Below are positions 56,163 to 64,000 of a DNA stretch of 64,000 nucleotides, piece after piece. Position 1 is the stretch's first letter, and every line of letters begins with the position of its first letter. Position numbers and translations under genes: made by a program. The stretch lies in IMG/VR virus record IMGVR_UViG_3300032123_000052, positions 64,001 through 128,000 of that record; one strand, given 5' to 3'. The DNA is from a virus (Duplodnaviria > Caudoviricetes). The notes beneath the pieces were generated by a model that saw nothing but the letters and a program-made list of their open reading frames with translations, was not told the origin of the DNA and searched no databases.

Positions 56163-58721
56163 ATGACTGCATATCAAGGACCGCACGTTGCGGTGACACA
56201 GAAATTCGTTACCAGCCCTGGTGCGATTGCCATAGAAGACTTGCCTTCGGTAGCTGTTGGTACTGCCTTCGATGTTTTTGAAAAAGAGCGGATCGGATCA
56301 TCATATGGAATCGTTGACAGAGAACTCGCGTGGGGTGCAAATAAAGTCGTTTACGATAAAGATGTGATTGATCAAAAAGCATATGATTTTTATCCAGCAA
56401 AAGCATTTGCCAACTCTCCGTTCGGGAATGTCGATCTCGAGCTGTTGGATGCTAATCTCTCAAGCACAGGGGTAACGCTTGTAAGGGGCAAGACATATAA
56501 AGTTCCTGATACCGAAAAGGTGGTTGGTGCGTGCGAAGGAATCGTTCCTTACTACAAAAGGATTCTCACGGCTGGCGATGTACAGATACACGCCGCTGAT
56601 CTGAGAACTGTTGTTATTGTCGGCGGAACAGTAGTAACCGCCCAGTTGAAACCTGGCCAAAAAGTGTTTGTTACTATTGATGGTGGGACAAGCTGGACTT
56701 TGGTTGGGACTGTCGGCTCTATTGGAAATGATGAGACAAAAATACGTCTCGCAACTCCTTATGCAACCCCTATTACCACTGGTGATGGAATAGCGGTCGG
56801 AGCAGTTTCTGATACGCTTATTGATATTCCAAATACCATCTATGACGCAACTGCAGATTTTATTACAGCAAAAGTCAGAGTGGGAGATATTGTCTATATA
56901 TCAAGCTTGGCAATTGCTGCCTCTATTGCAAATCCAATCGCTGCCTCTGTCGTGTCAATCATTGACAAAAATACATTGAAATTCAATACTGAAACGCTCG
57001 TTGCGGGCCAGGTTGATTACGATTACCTCAAATATCAAGATTTTGTCGAAACCCCCGGTTCAACCCTTCAGCTTTATACTTATTGGGTTGAACGGTACGC
57101 AGGGTTCTCTCAGAACTACGGCATTAAACTGCTTAATACAGGTGCTGGCGTCGCTGTTGGAAAAACAAGCTCTAGCGTACTGACTGTACCTATTGCCGGA
57201 TTTCCAATTGTAAATGAAGGTGATGTATTCATAATTACTACAGCAAATGTTGCTGCCGGTTCAGAGGAGCGAGATGTAACTCCCGGATTCAGACCTTATC
57301 GAATTCAGACTATTACTACTTCAGGTGTGAATTATGAAATCACAGTTAATGGTACTATTTACCATTCAGGCGTTGCCCCGGAAACGGAATTCTCCGGTGG
57401 TGAGTTTATCAGTGTGTGGGCTCCTAAAGTAGAGACTTCTATTCTTGTCGATTTCCGTGCTGTACGGGAAGAAGAGCTTGGTGTTGTAAAACGCATTACT
57501 AGCCTTGAAGATATTGCAGCCGCCTGGTCAAGAGATGAAGACATCAGTATCCATAATGAACTTGCCTTCATGGCTCAAATTGAATTTGCCCTGAACCGTG
57601 GCAAAGTCATGTACGGTGTAAATGTTGATGCTACCGAAGCCAATTTGTCCGCCCAGTACTCTGCAGCGTTTGAGGAACTTAAGCTGCACGATGTCTATAG
57701 CCATGCTCTCGGAACAGATGATGCTGGCGTTAATGCACTTCTTGGACCGTATGTTGATGGCCAATCTGCACCGTATGAAGGCCACGAAAGAATTGGTGTA
57801 GTTGCCTATGATGAAGATGATATATATCTGCAGGGGGCCGATACAGGGTCTGTTGATATTGCCGGCCTGATAACAATTGACGGTGCTTTCGACCCTATCG
57901 CTGCAGGAGTTACTGTTGACGATGTAGTAAAGATATATGACTCAAGTGGTGATTTTGTAACTGAGGTTCTGGTTACTGAAACGCCAACAGTCGTCACAGA
58001 GGTTCAAACCGACTATGTTGGAGCGATTCTTGCTGCCGGCCACTCATTTAGATTTCAAAGTGGGCGCAAAGATGACCAATCTGTCCGTATCGGCGCTATC
58101 GGTTATGGCAATCGGCGCGTGCAGGTTGTATGGCCCGGGTGGTTTCAGGCTGATTTTGGCGGAGTGACTTATACCCTTCCTCCTTATTATATCACGGCTG
58201 CATTAGCCGGAATGGATGGTGGGATAATTGTTTCACAGTCTTTTACCAATTACACTTTCAGCATACCTGGACTATCTAATATTCAACTTAACACAAATAA
58301 CTACTTCAGAAAACTTCAGCTCGACGAAATAGGTGGTGGTGGTGTTAGTGTTATGATTCAGGATACGCGTGTCAGCCAGACTATCAAATCGAGGCATGAT
58401 CTTACATCCAACATGGATGCCGTTCAATATCGCGAGCATTCAATTACCAAACAGGCTGATGTGTCAGCGAAGACGGTTCGTAATGCAATTAACCCTTATG
58501 TCGGCAAGTATAACATTACTCCTGACCTGTTCAGATTTATAGGCCAGGTATGCGCGGTGGTAAGCACCAAGCTAGTTAAAAAAGGTGTTATTGCTCGTCT
58601 TTCTGTGCTGAAGATTGCTCGCGATGAAGTAATTGATGATAAAATCAACATCACAATGCAGGCGACTGTTTTTATCGCCGGCAATTACTATGACGTAACA
58701 CTGATAATTGTTTCTCGTTAA
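56163..58721 (+). CDS. Contractile tail sheath protein
   Basis: 852 aa; N-terminal YQGPHVAVTQ; C-terminal YITAALAG, RHDLTS, REHSITKQAD; followed by the tube gene. Confidence 0.8.
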   Translation: MTAYQGPHVAVTQKFVTSPGAIAIEDLPSVAVGTAFDVFEKERIGSSYGIVDRELAWGANKVVYDKDVIDQKAYDFYPAKAFANSPFGNVDLELLDANLSSTGVTLVRGKTYKVPDTEKVVGACEGIVPYYKRILTAGDVQIHAADLRTVVIVGGTVVTAQLKPGQKVFVTIDGGTSWTLVGTVGSIGNDETKIRLATPYATPITTGDGIAVGAVSDTLIDIPNTIYDATADFITAKVRVGDIVYISSLAIAASIANPIAASVVSIIDKNTLKFNTETLVAGQVDYDYLKYQDFVETPGSTLQLYTYWVERYAGFSQNYGIKLLNTGAGVAVGKTSSSVLTVPIAGFPIVNEGDVFIITTANVAAGSEERDVTPGFRPYRIQTITTSGVNYEITVNGTIYHSGVAPETEFSGGEFISVWAPKVETSILVDFRAVREEELGVVKRITSLEDIAAAWSRDEDISIHNELAFMAQIEFALNRGKVMYGVNVDATEANLSAQYSAAFEELKLHDVYSHALGTDDAGVNALLGPYVDGQSAPYEGHERIGVVAYDEDDIYLQGADTGSVDIAGLITIDGAFDPIAAGVTVDDVVKIYDSSGDFVTEVLVTETPTVVTEVQTDYVGAILAAGHSFRFQSGRKDDQSVRIGAIGYGNRRVQVVWPGWFQADFGGVTYTLPPYYITAALAGMDGGIIVSQSFTNYTFSIPGLSNIQLNTNNYFRKLQLDEIGGGGVSVMIQDTRVSQTIKSRHDLTSNMDAVQYREHSITKQADVSAKTVRNAINPYVGKYNITPDLFRFIGQVCAVVSTKLVKKGVIARLSVLKIARDEVIDDKINITMQATVFIAGNYYDVTLIIVSR

Positions 58722-58763
58722 ACACTAATCAGTTTAAATGTAGAATATTAAATAAAGGAGGAA

Positions 58764-59582
58764 ATGCATATGCCACCTCTAACAAAAGTGGATCTGCAAG
58801 AGTTGATAGACCAATCAGGCGGTTGGGACTGGGAAGATGCTCACGTATCTCAGGCTTATATTTCCCCTCATGGTATTGACACAAAAGAATCGATTGCAAT
58901 AAATGATATTATTGAATCGGGAACCGTTCTTATCGCCGCAGGTCCGTCCGATCTGGATAAGGCTGTAGAAGATCCTGATGGTTTTAGGGTCGTCCCTATC
59001 GGTCTCATCGAAACGGCACAGATAAGTATGAATAAACCATTGAGTCGGATATTCGAAATCGGCTCAAAACTCAGCTATATTATACCGGGTCGTACCGTTG
59101 GTGGGATAAGTCTAAGCAGGGTATTTTTTGATGGACCAAGTTTACTTAAAGCAATATATATGGGCGAGGTAAAAGCTGACTTTGCCACACAGGATAAAAA
59201 ATTTGCAAAATTTACCTCGAATCCTTATCATGTGGATGGGGAAGAAAAATATCAGAAGTTTGCCAATATCGGTTCGGGAAACTTGGCGATGAACCTTGCC
59301 TCGTCTTTCTTTGAACAACCTATTGGTCTGGCGTTTTATTTCAAAGACCAGCAGGACGATACTGTCGGACAGACCTATTTTGAAGGGTGTCGTGTCAGCA
59401 CGCTCAATCTTGGTATATCAGCTAATATGAATGTGCTTACCGAATCTATCAATATGGAGTTTATTCGCTGCAGGCCAATTAACACTGCTGCCTCGAAAAA
59501 TTACATTAAGGGCGACAATCTGGCTGATCTTAATATTGTCTCTGCGCAGACCAACTGGGATCAAAGCGTTGTCGATGGTTAA
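58764..59582 (+). CDS. Tail tube protein
   Basis: IGLIETAQISMNKPLSRIFEIGS..IIPGRT..ISLSR; follows the sheath; AAGGAGG RBS. Confidence 0.75.
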   Translation: MHMPPLTKVDLQELIDQSGGWDWEDAHVSQAYISPHGIDTKESIAINDIIESGTVLIAAGPSDLDKAVEDPDGFRVVPIGLIETAQISMNKPLSRIFEIGSKLSYIIPGRTVGGISLSRVFFDGPSLLKAIYMGEVKADFATQDKKFAKFTSNPYHVDGEEKYQKFANIGSGNLAMNLASSFFEQPIGLAFYFKDQQDDTVGQTYFEGCRVSTLNLGISANMNVLTESINMEFIRCRPINTAASKNYIKGDNLADLNIVSAQTNWDQSVVDG

Positions 59583-59604
59583 TTGAGAAATTCTTCTAAT
59601 AGCT

Positions 59605-59639
59605 AAAAAAAAAGAGAGCTGATTTCTGCTCTCTTTTTT
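59605..59639. terminator. Bidirectional intrinsic terminator
   Basis: A9-GAGAGC-loop-GCTCTC-T5. Confidence 0.8.
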
Positions 59640-60035
59640 ATTTTCTCTAACTAAAACTAGACCGAGTTTGGCTATTATATTTTGGCGGAGCCGAAATTGC
59701 ATCTCCAGATGCCAAACCGTTCACCACCAGCACTTTTACTGGTGGTCTAAAAAAGTAAAAAATTTTTAACCCTGCTGAAACAGCAGAATATAAAAATTCT
59801 TAGAGAAAAAAAACTCCAACTTAATATCGCTCAGTATTGCATTTGTAATTACCACCACCAGTCACCCCGGGCCCATCCGTTGGAGACACCCCCAACCTTC
59901 CGATAACCATATAATTACCACTCCAGTGGTATTTTATACCTTGACGAAACGTCAAGTGTAAAATCTTGGAGTTAATATCAATCATATCCGTTGCTCATAA
60001 AAGTTAAAGTAAAATAACTGCTTTCATAAATATTA

Positions 60036-60587
60036 TTAACACATTTCGTTCTTTTTTATTTTTAATTTACCCATTTTTACCCACCTACAAATAGTCGTAG
60101 GCTTTACATGGTGTATCTCGGCATACTTTAAAAGTATGCCTGATTTAACTTTTTTCTTTGAACCAATTTTGGGCCCTCTCGTTAAATCCGTCTTAGGTTT
60201 AAACTCATATTCAATAGGCATTATCTCACCGCATTTCGCCCAACCGGGAACCCACCGGAAGGTTTTTCCATTTACTACAGCCAGAGCAGATGTCAGAGAT
60301 ATGTTAAACCCCCTACCCAATTCAGCAGCGCTTACACCATTCTTCAAACTCAATTGCCGGATTTTTTTTACCTGCGATATAGTAAGATTGGAACTTTTTA
60401 AGTATCTCTGCTGCATTTTTTTTGATACTTTTCTTGGAGGAATCAAATCAAAAACATGATGAAGCACACTATTTGGCCGGCAATTGAACTTTCTGGCAAC
60501 ATATAGTACAGCATACCCTTCATCCACAAGACTCCGTATCTGCTGTACCTGTGCCGAAGATAATTTGCTGTGATATTTACTTTTCAT
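60036..60587 (-). CDS. Multi-HTH DNA-binding protein
   Basis: Two KL[ST]..QV..IR.L HTH repeats and a C-terminal MerR/excisionase-like YAEIHHVKPTTICRWVKMGKL. Confidence 0.7.
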   Translation of the reverse strand: MKSKYHSKLSSAQVQQIRSLVDEGYAVLYVARKFNCRPNSVLHHVFDLIPPRKVSKKMQQRYLKSSNLTISQVKKIRQLSLKNGVSAAELGRGFNISLTSALAVVNGKTFRWVPGWAKCGEIMPIEYEFKPKTDLTRGPKIGSKKKVKSGILLKYAEIHHVKPTTICRWVKMGKLKIKKNEMC

Positions 60588-60595
60588 AATTTTTA

Positions 60596-61828
60596 CGCAA
60601 GGAAACCTCGACCCTTGTGGTCGGGGAGGAATTGCGCCCTCCTATTAAATTAAAGTTTGACTATTTCAATACAAATATAGTATATTGTTTACTGTGAAAA
60701 CAATAAGAACTATTAAACTGAAATTCAATGGGAATCATAAAGCCAATCAAGTGCTTCCATGTTGGCTTAACGCCTGTAATTGGCTTTCTAAAATAGTCTT
60801 TGATTCTAAAGAAATTAACTCTAACAGGCTCTCTCAAGCATATTACAAAACTGTCCGTGAAAAATTTAAACTTACTTCCCAATTGACTTGTACCCTTTTT
60901 AGAACTGTTTCTGCAACATATAAAACTCAAAAAACTAATAAAGAATGGAATCTTTGTATTTATAGAAAGAAATCTATTCCCGTTGTTTGGAAAAGAGACT
61001 TTGCTCGAACCAAAAAAAACATCACTCTCTGGGCTGACCCTATTATGTTTCAAGATTCTCGACTTATTCCTGATAATTGGAAAGATTCTAAAATTTTTCT
61101 TAAAAAGGGACAGTGGTTTTTGAATTTGTCTTATGAAATTGACATCCCTGAACCAAAAGATAAAGGAACTATCGTAGGAGTAGATCAAGGAATCAAAAGA
61201 CTGTTTGTAGCTTCTGATTCTCAAAATAATAAATTGTTTTATAAATCAAACTATCTTAACCATAAACTTTCTAATATCCGAAAAGCAAGAGCTAAAGTAC
61301 AAACGGTTGGAACCCGTTCTTCCAGAAAACTTCTTGAAAGAATGTCTGGCCACGAGGCTTCCGTAACCGAACATGCTGTGCATGTTGCTTCTAAAAGACT
61401 TGTAAAATGGGCTTGTAAAGTAGGGGCGCGAAAGATTGTGGTTGAAGATTTGTCTAACATACGAGAGTCCTCTTTGAAAAAGGGAAAACAGCTTCGTAGT
61501 AAAATCAATCGCTGGCCTTATGCCTTGTTTACTTTTTTTATTACATACAAAGCTGCAACGCTGGGTATTACTGTTGAGCGGGTTTCCCCAAAAAACACTT
61601 CTCGCATGTGTAGCAAGTGTGGTCATATTGATGAATCCAATCGAAATGGTTTTTCTTTTAAATGCAAATCATGCGGTTATACCGCAGATGCTGATTATAA
61701 TGCCAGCAAAAATATTGCTGGACGCTATATGTCTATCGGGTTGAACTCGATAGATACAGGGATTAGTAAACACCCTGAAAACCAAATTATCGGTTAAAGC
61801 CCCGACCCTCGTGGTCGGGGTAGTTTAC
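60596..61828 (+). mobile_element. IS200/IS605-family TnpB-only (IS1341-like) element
   Basis: Related subterminal hairpins CCTCGACC/GGTCGGGG (60606-60626) and CCCCGACC/GGTCGGGG (61800-61820, then TAGTTTAC); no tnpA nearby; left boundary uncertain. Confidence 0.75.
60685..61797 (+). CDS. tnpB: RNA-guided endonuclease TnpB
   Basis: RuvC-I VGVDQG, RuvC-II IVVEDL, Zn ribbon CSKC..CKSC, RuvC-III DADYNASKNI. Confidence 0.95.
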   Translation: MFTVKTIRTIKLKFNGNHKANQVLPCWLNACNWLSKIVFDSKEINSNRLSQAYYKTVREKFKLTSQLTCTLFRTVSATYKTQKTNKEWNLCIYRKKSIPVVWKRDFARTKKNITLWADPIMFQDSRLIPDNWKDSKIFLKKGQWFLNLSYEIDIPEPKDKGTIVGVDQGIKRLFVASDSQNNKLFYKSNYLNHKLSNIRKARAKVQTVGTRSSRKLLERMSGHEASVTEHAVHVASKRLVKWACKVGARKIVVEDLSNIRESSLKKGKQLRSKINRWPYALFTFFITYKAATLGITVERVSPKNTSRMCSKCGHIDESNRNGFSFKCKSCGYTADADYNASKNIAGRYMSIGLNSIDTGISKHPENQIIG

Positions 61829-61859
61829 TATTCTTGTTTTATCCATTTAATTTTCTCCA

Positions 61860-62300
61860 ATTGTTTAAGATGAGTTTAGTACTCATGTTATATAGGGAAG
61901 TGTGGAGATTGCTCCCCACACCCCCTTTGCAGTATACGATTCTAGCTGCAACTTACCATTGAGTAATAAAAAGGACTTTTATTTCCCAAGAGCCTTCAAT
62001 TATCGCTGAAGCGGCGATGGAACTTAGAACCATACTTGGAAAAGATTTCTCAAACTAAAGTTCGAGGAGTTCGGCGAGGTTATCGTTCCGCTGGGTTCTT
62101 ACGGCAGCATACGAGACCTGGCATCGAGATCCACGATCGCAACACTTCCCGAGCCGGTCGAGCCGACCACCACCTTATACGAGTCGCGCTTTGATTTACT
62201 CCAGTAAATCAGCGACCAAACCAAGATGTTGACCTTGCAGGTCAACGTCATTGGTTCTGAGTATAAGGTGGTATGAGTAAACGATGTTGAAACAACACCG
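61860..62300. ncRNA. Candidate large structured non-coding RNA
   Basis: 12-bp stem 62169-62180/62261-62272 enclosing hairpins 62192-62211 and 62225-62249; several smaller stems at 61870-62040; no ORF in the track. Confidence 0.45.
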
Positions 62301-62394
62301 CGTTCATATCCTTTGAGAAAAAAGGGGTAAAGAAAATAATTAACCCATTCACCATAATAGTTATTTCAAATTTGTATAAAAAATAACATCAGTA

Positions 62395-62700
62395 TCATAC
62401 CCTTATCTTGTCGTAATATTTCTTTTCCTTTTGCAGACCCTCAATAACACTTTGAACCTTACCGTTATCAAAAATAATAACTGTCGGAAGAAACATAACA
62501 GAATATTGTATTGCTACATCTCTATCTTTAACGAAATCAAGCTCGACAAGCTCAACATCATTAATTTTTTTCATTATTTTTCTGAGAATCGGCTTTACCA
62601 CATTACAGTGGTGGCACAAATCGCTTGAAAAAAAGACAACAGTTCGCCTTTTCTCTATTAGAACCAGTCTTCTAAATGTGCAATTCGCCATTTTCTTCAT
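62395..62700 (-). CDS. trxA: Thioredoxin
   Basis: CHHC active site, VMFLPTVIIF cis-Pro motif; 101 aa. Confidence 0.85.
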   Translation of the reverse strand: MKKMANCTFRRLVLIEKRRTVVFFSSDLCHHCNVVKPILRKIMKKINDVELVELDFVKDRDVAIQYSVMFLPTVIIFDNGKVQSVIEGLQKEKKYYDKIRV

Positions 62701-63083
62701 TGTGTTTCATGAAACACATCGCCAAGAATGCTATCAACCTCTTCCTGAACAGTTTTTGGTGTCCTTCTTGTTCCTGGAAAAAATTCCTTCATATATGTGA
62801 ATCCTTCATGACAATTAGAACATGGCTTCCCGGTGTCAGTCCATGCTTCACAATACCCGCATCCCGATCTCCCAATGCGCTCATCATCTTCGATTTCTTC
62901 TATATCTTCTTGATATATTCTTAAACCACAACTAGTCACTTTTTGTATCGGCATTGTATTTAGTTGATCTGTAAAAAGATTTCTAGTGTCGATTTTAATC
63001 CATTCGCCTTCTATTGATTCAAGCTTTTTTGAATAACTGCCTAAGTACCTTTGGTAGCAATTACTCTTTAATCTTATTCTCAA
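62697..63083 (-). CDS. Hypothetical protein with Zn ribbon
   Basis: CGYC..CSNC; GGAGG RBS. Confidence 0.65.
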   Translation of the reverse strand: MRIRLKSNCYQRYLGSYSKKLESIEGEWIKIDTRNLFTDQLNTMPIQKVTSCGLRIYQEDIEEIEDDERIGRSGCGYCEAWTDTGKPCSNCHEGFTYMKEFFPGTRRTPKTVQEEVDSILGDVFHETQ

Positions 63084-63237
63084 TAGGATCCTCCTTTTTA
63101 TTATTGTAGTACATTTTTCTAATTCTTACCGGCCGTTCCCTGTCACTGTTTAAGGCATTGATGTTGTTTATAAAATGAGTAAATTTTTCTAAAAAGTCGG
63201 TTGGAATAGACAGGACGATATTAATTCTACCATCCAT
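63061..63237 (-). CDS. Small hypothetical protein (58 aa)
   Basis: TGATG coupling to the upstream gene; part of track ORF 63061..63291. Confidence 0.35.
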   Translation of the reverse strand: MDGRINIVLSIPTDFLEKFTHFINNINALNSDRERPVRIRKMYYNNKKEDPIENKIKE

Positions 63238-63932
63238 CAATCGCCTCTGGCGTCGTATATAGGTTCGAACCCCTTTGGCGCATCGTTCCAATTATCCATT
63301 TCGTGTGCAGCTATCATTTGAGGATACTCTCTTTTTACTAGCGCAATATTCTCGGCATCAGCAAGTAATATCATATTAGCCAGATATGTAACAAATGATC
63401 CTGATTTGTTCAAATACCAAAAGAATGATCCATAACCATAATTTCCAGACTTTTCGCTCGACCCTCTATTGCCAAGTGTCAATGGGGCGTCAACAACATC
63501 GCCAGCAAATATAACATCCCAAGATCCAGACACGTTTGATTCAAACAAATGTCGATATATATTCTTCAACCTCGCTTTGTTTTCAACATCAGCATTCATA
63601 ACGACAAATGCCAGCTGGCTGATAAATTTGCTAGGATGGTTTACATACCAGTCAAACGATCCCCTTTTAAACGGATATCCAACATCCTTCGGAAACTTAA
63701 GCGATTGCAACTCTATTTCCCGATTGATGGCCTTTTTGAATGCAACATTACTATAATCATTACCTTCAGTTAATTCCCTTGCATCAAACTGCCATGTTCC
63801 ATCTGGATCATCTGATGTTGTTGTAAACCAGTTGTTAAGCTGTTCGTCATACATATCATCATCATACGCATGGAAGATACATACGCCAAAATATTCCAAA
63901 TATAGCTCAGGTTCTACCCACTTGTATGGCAT
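63237..63932 (-). CDS. Hypothetical protein with duplicated helical module
   Basis: GSFDWYVN..SKFISQLA..ADVEN and GSFFWYLN..GSFVTYLA..ADAEN; GGAGG RBS. Confidence 0.7.
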   Translation of the reverse strand: MPYKWVEPELYLEYFGVCIFHAYDDDMYDEQLNNWFTTTSDDPDGTWQFDARELTEGNDYSNVAFKKAINREIELQSLKFPKDVGYPFKRGSFDWYVNHPSKFISQLAFVVMNADVENKARLKNIYRHLFESNVSGSWDVIFAGDVVDAPLTLGNRGSSEKSGNYGYGSFFWYLNKSGSFVTYLANMILLADAENIALVKREYPQMIAAHEMDNWNDAPKGFEPIYDARGD

Positions 63933-64000
63933 TAACCCTCCTTTATTATTGGTTTAATGTTATGCTTTGATAATAAATTAATCAAACTTTTATATGATAA

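Noticed and set aside
61970-62100. RNase P RNA or tmRNA (fragments AAAGTCC and AGAACCCAGC on the minus strand)
   Set aside because: The fragments are in the reverse of RNase P order and imperfect; no tmRNA tRNA-like ends or tag frame found
1-64000. tRNA genes; eukaryotic giant-virus origin suggested by MCM, J-domain, ceramidase and PKKAKK
   Set aside because: No cloverleaf with a T-loop and CCA was found by eye; SD sites, intrinsic terminators, bacterial-type RNAP, TerL, HK97-type capsid and contractile sheath indicate a prokaryotic tailed virus

Overview
Gene-dense, AT-rich fragment of a large tailed (myovirus-like) bacteriophage genome; the host cannot be identified from this window. The minus strand at 0.4-9 kb carries replication/recombination genes: a Gp3/RDF-like protein, an SSB-like protein, a Zn-finger/TOPRIM/MCM primase-helicase and a DEDDh exonuclease. 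The plus strand carries a 2115-aa single-chain beta-beta' RNA polymerase with no cysteine and neither beta' Zn site, then a long virion module: baseplate spike, terminase, HK97/assemblin-type prohead protease, scaffold-like proteins, major capsid protein, head completion proteins, M15 peptidase, a 2302-aa mosaic-repeat fibre-like protein, tail sheath and tail tube. A TnpB-only IS200/IS605-type element and thioredoxin lie near the right end. Best candidate for a new system (24.5-27.7 kb, minus strand): DHH phosphoesterase, retron-type reverse transcriptase with a Cys-rich insert, RNase HI, an unannotated 59-aa peptide and a ~245-nt structured RNA closed by a 17/18-nt inverted repeat, all bracketed by two intrinsic terminators. 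Unlike canonical retrons, the RNA lies downstream of the RT. Also notable: a K-x-[A/S/G] motif saturating head-associated proteins and an 'AFxDELEKI' tag on eight otherwise dissimilar small proteins (putative maturation/packaging signals); a J-domain protein coupled to the RNAP gene; two more structured non-coding regions; recurrent G-AAA-C-loop hairpins. I could not recognise a portal, tape measure, DNA polymerase, tRNA or CRISPR array. All family calls rest on motifs recognised by eye; no database searches were run.
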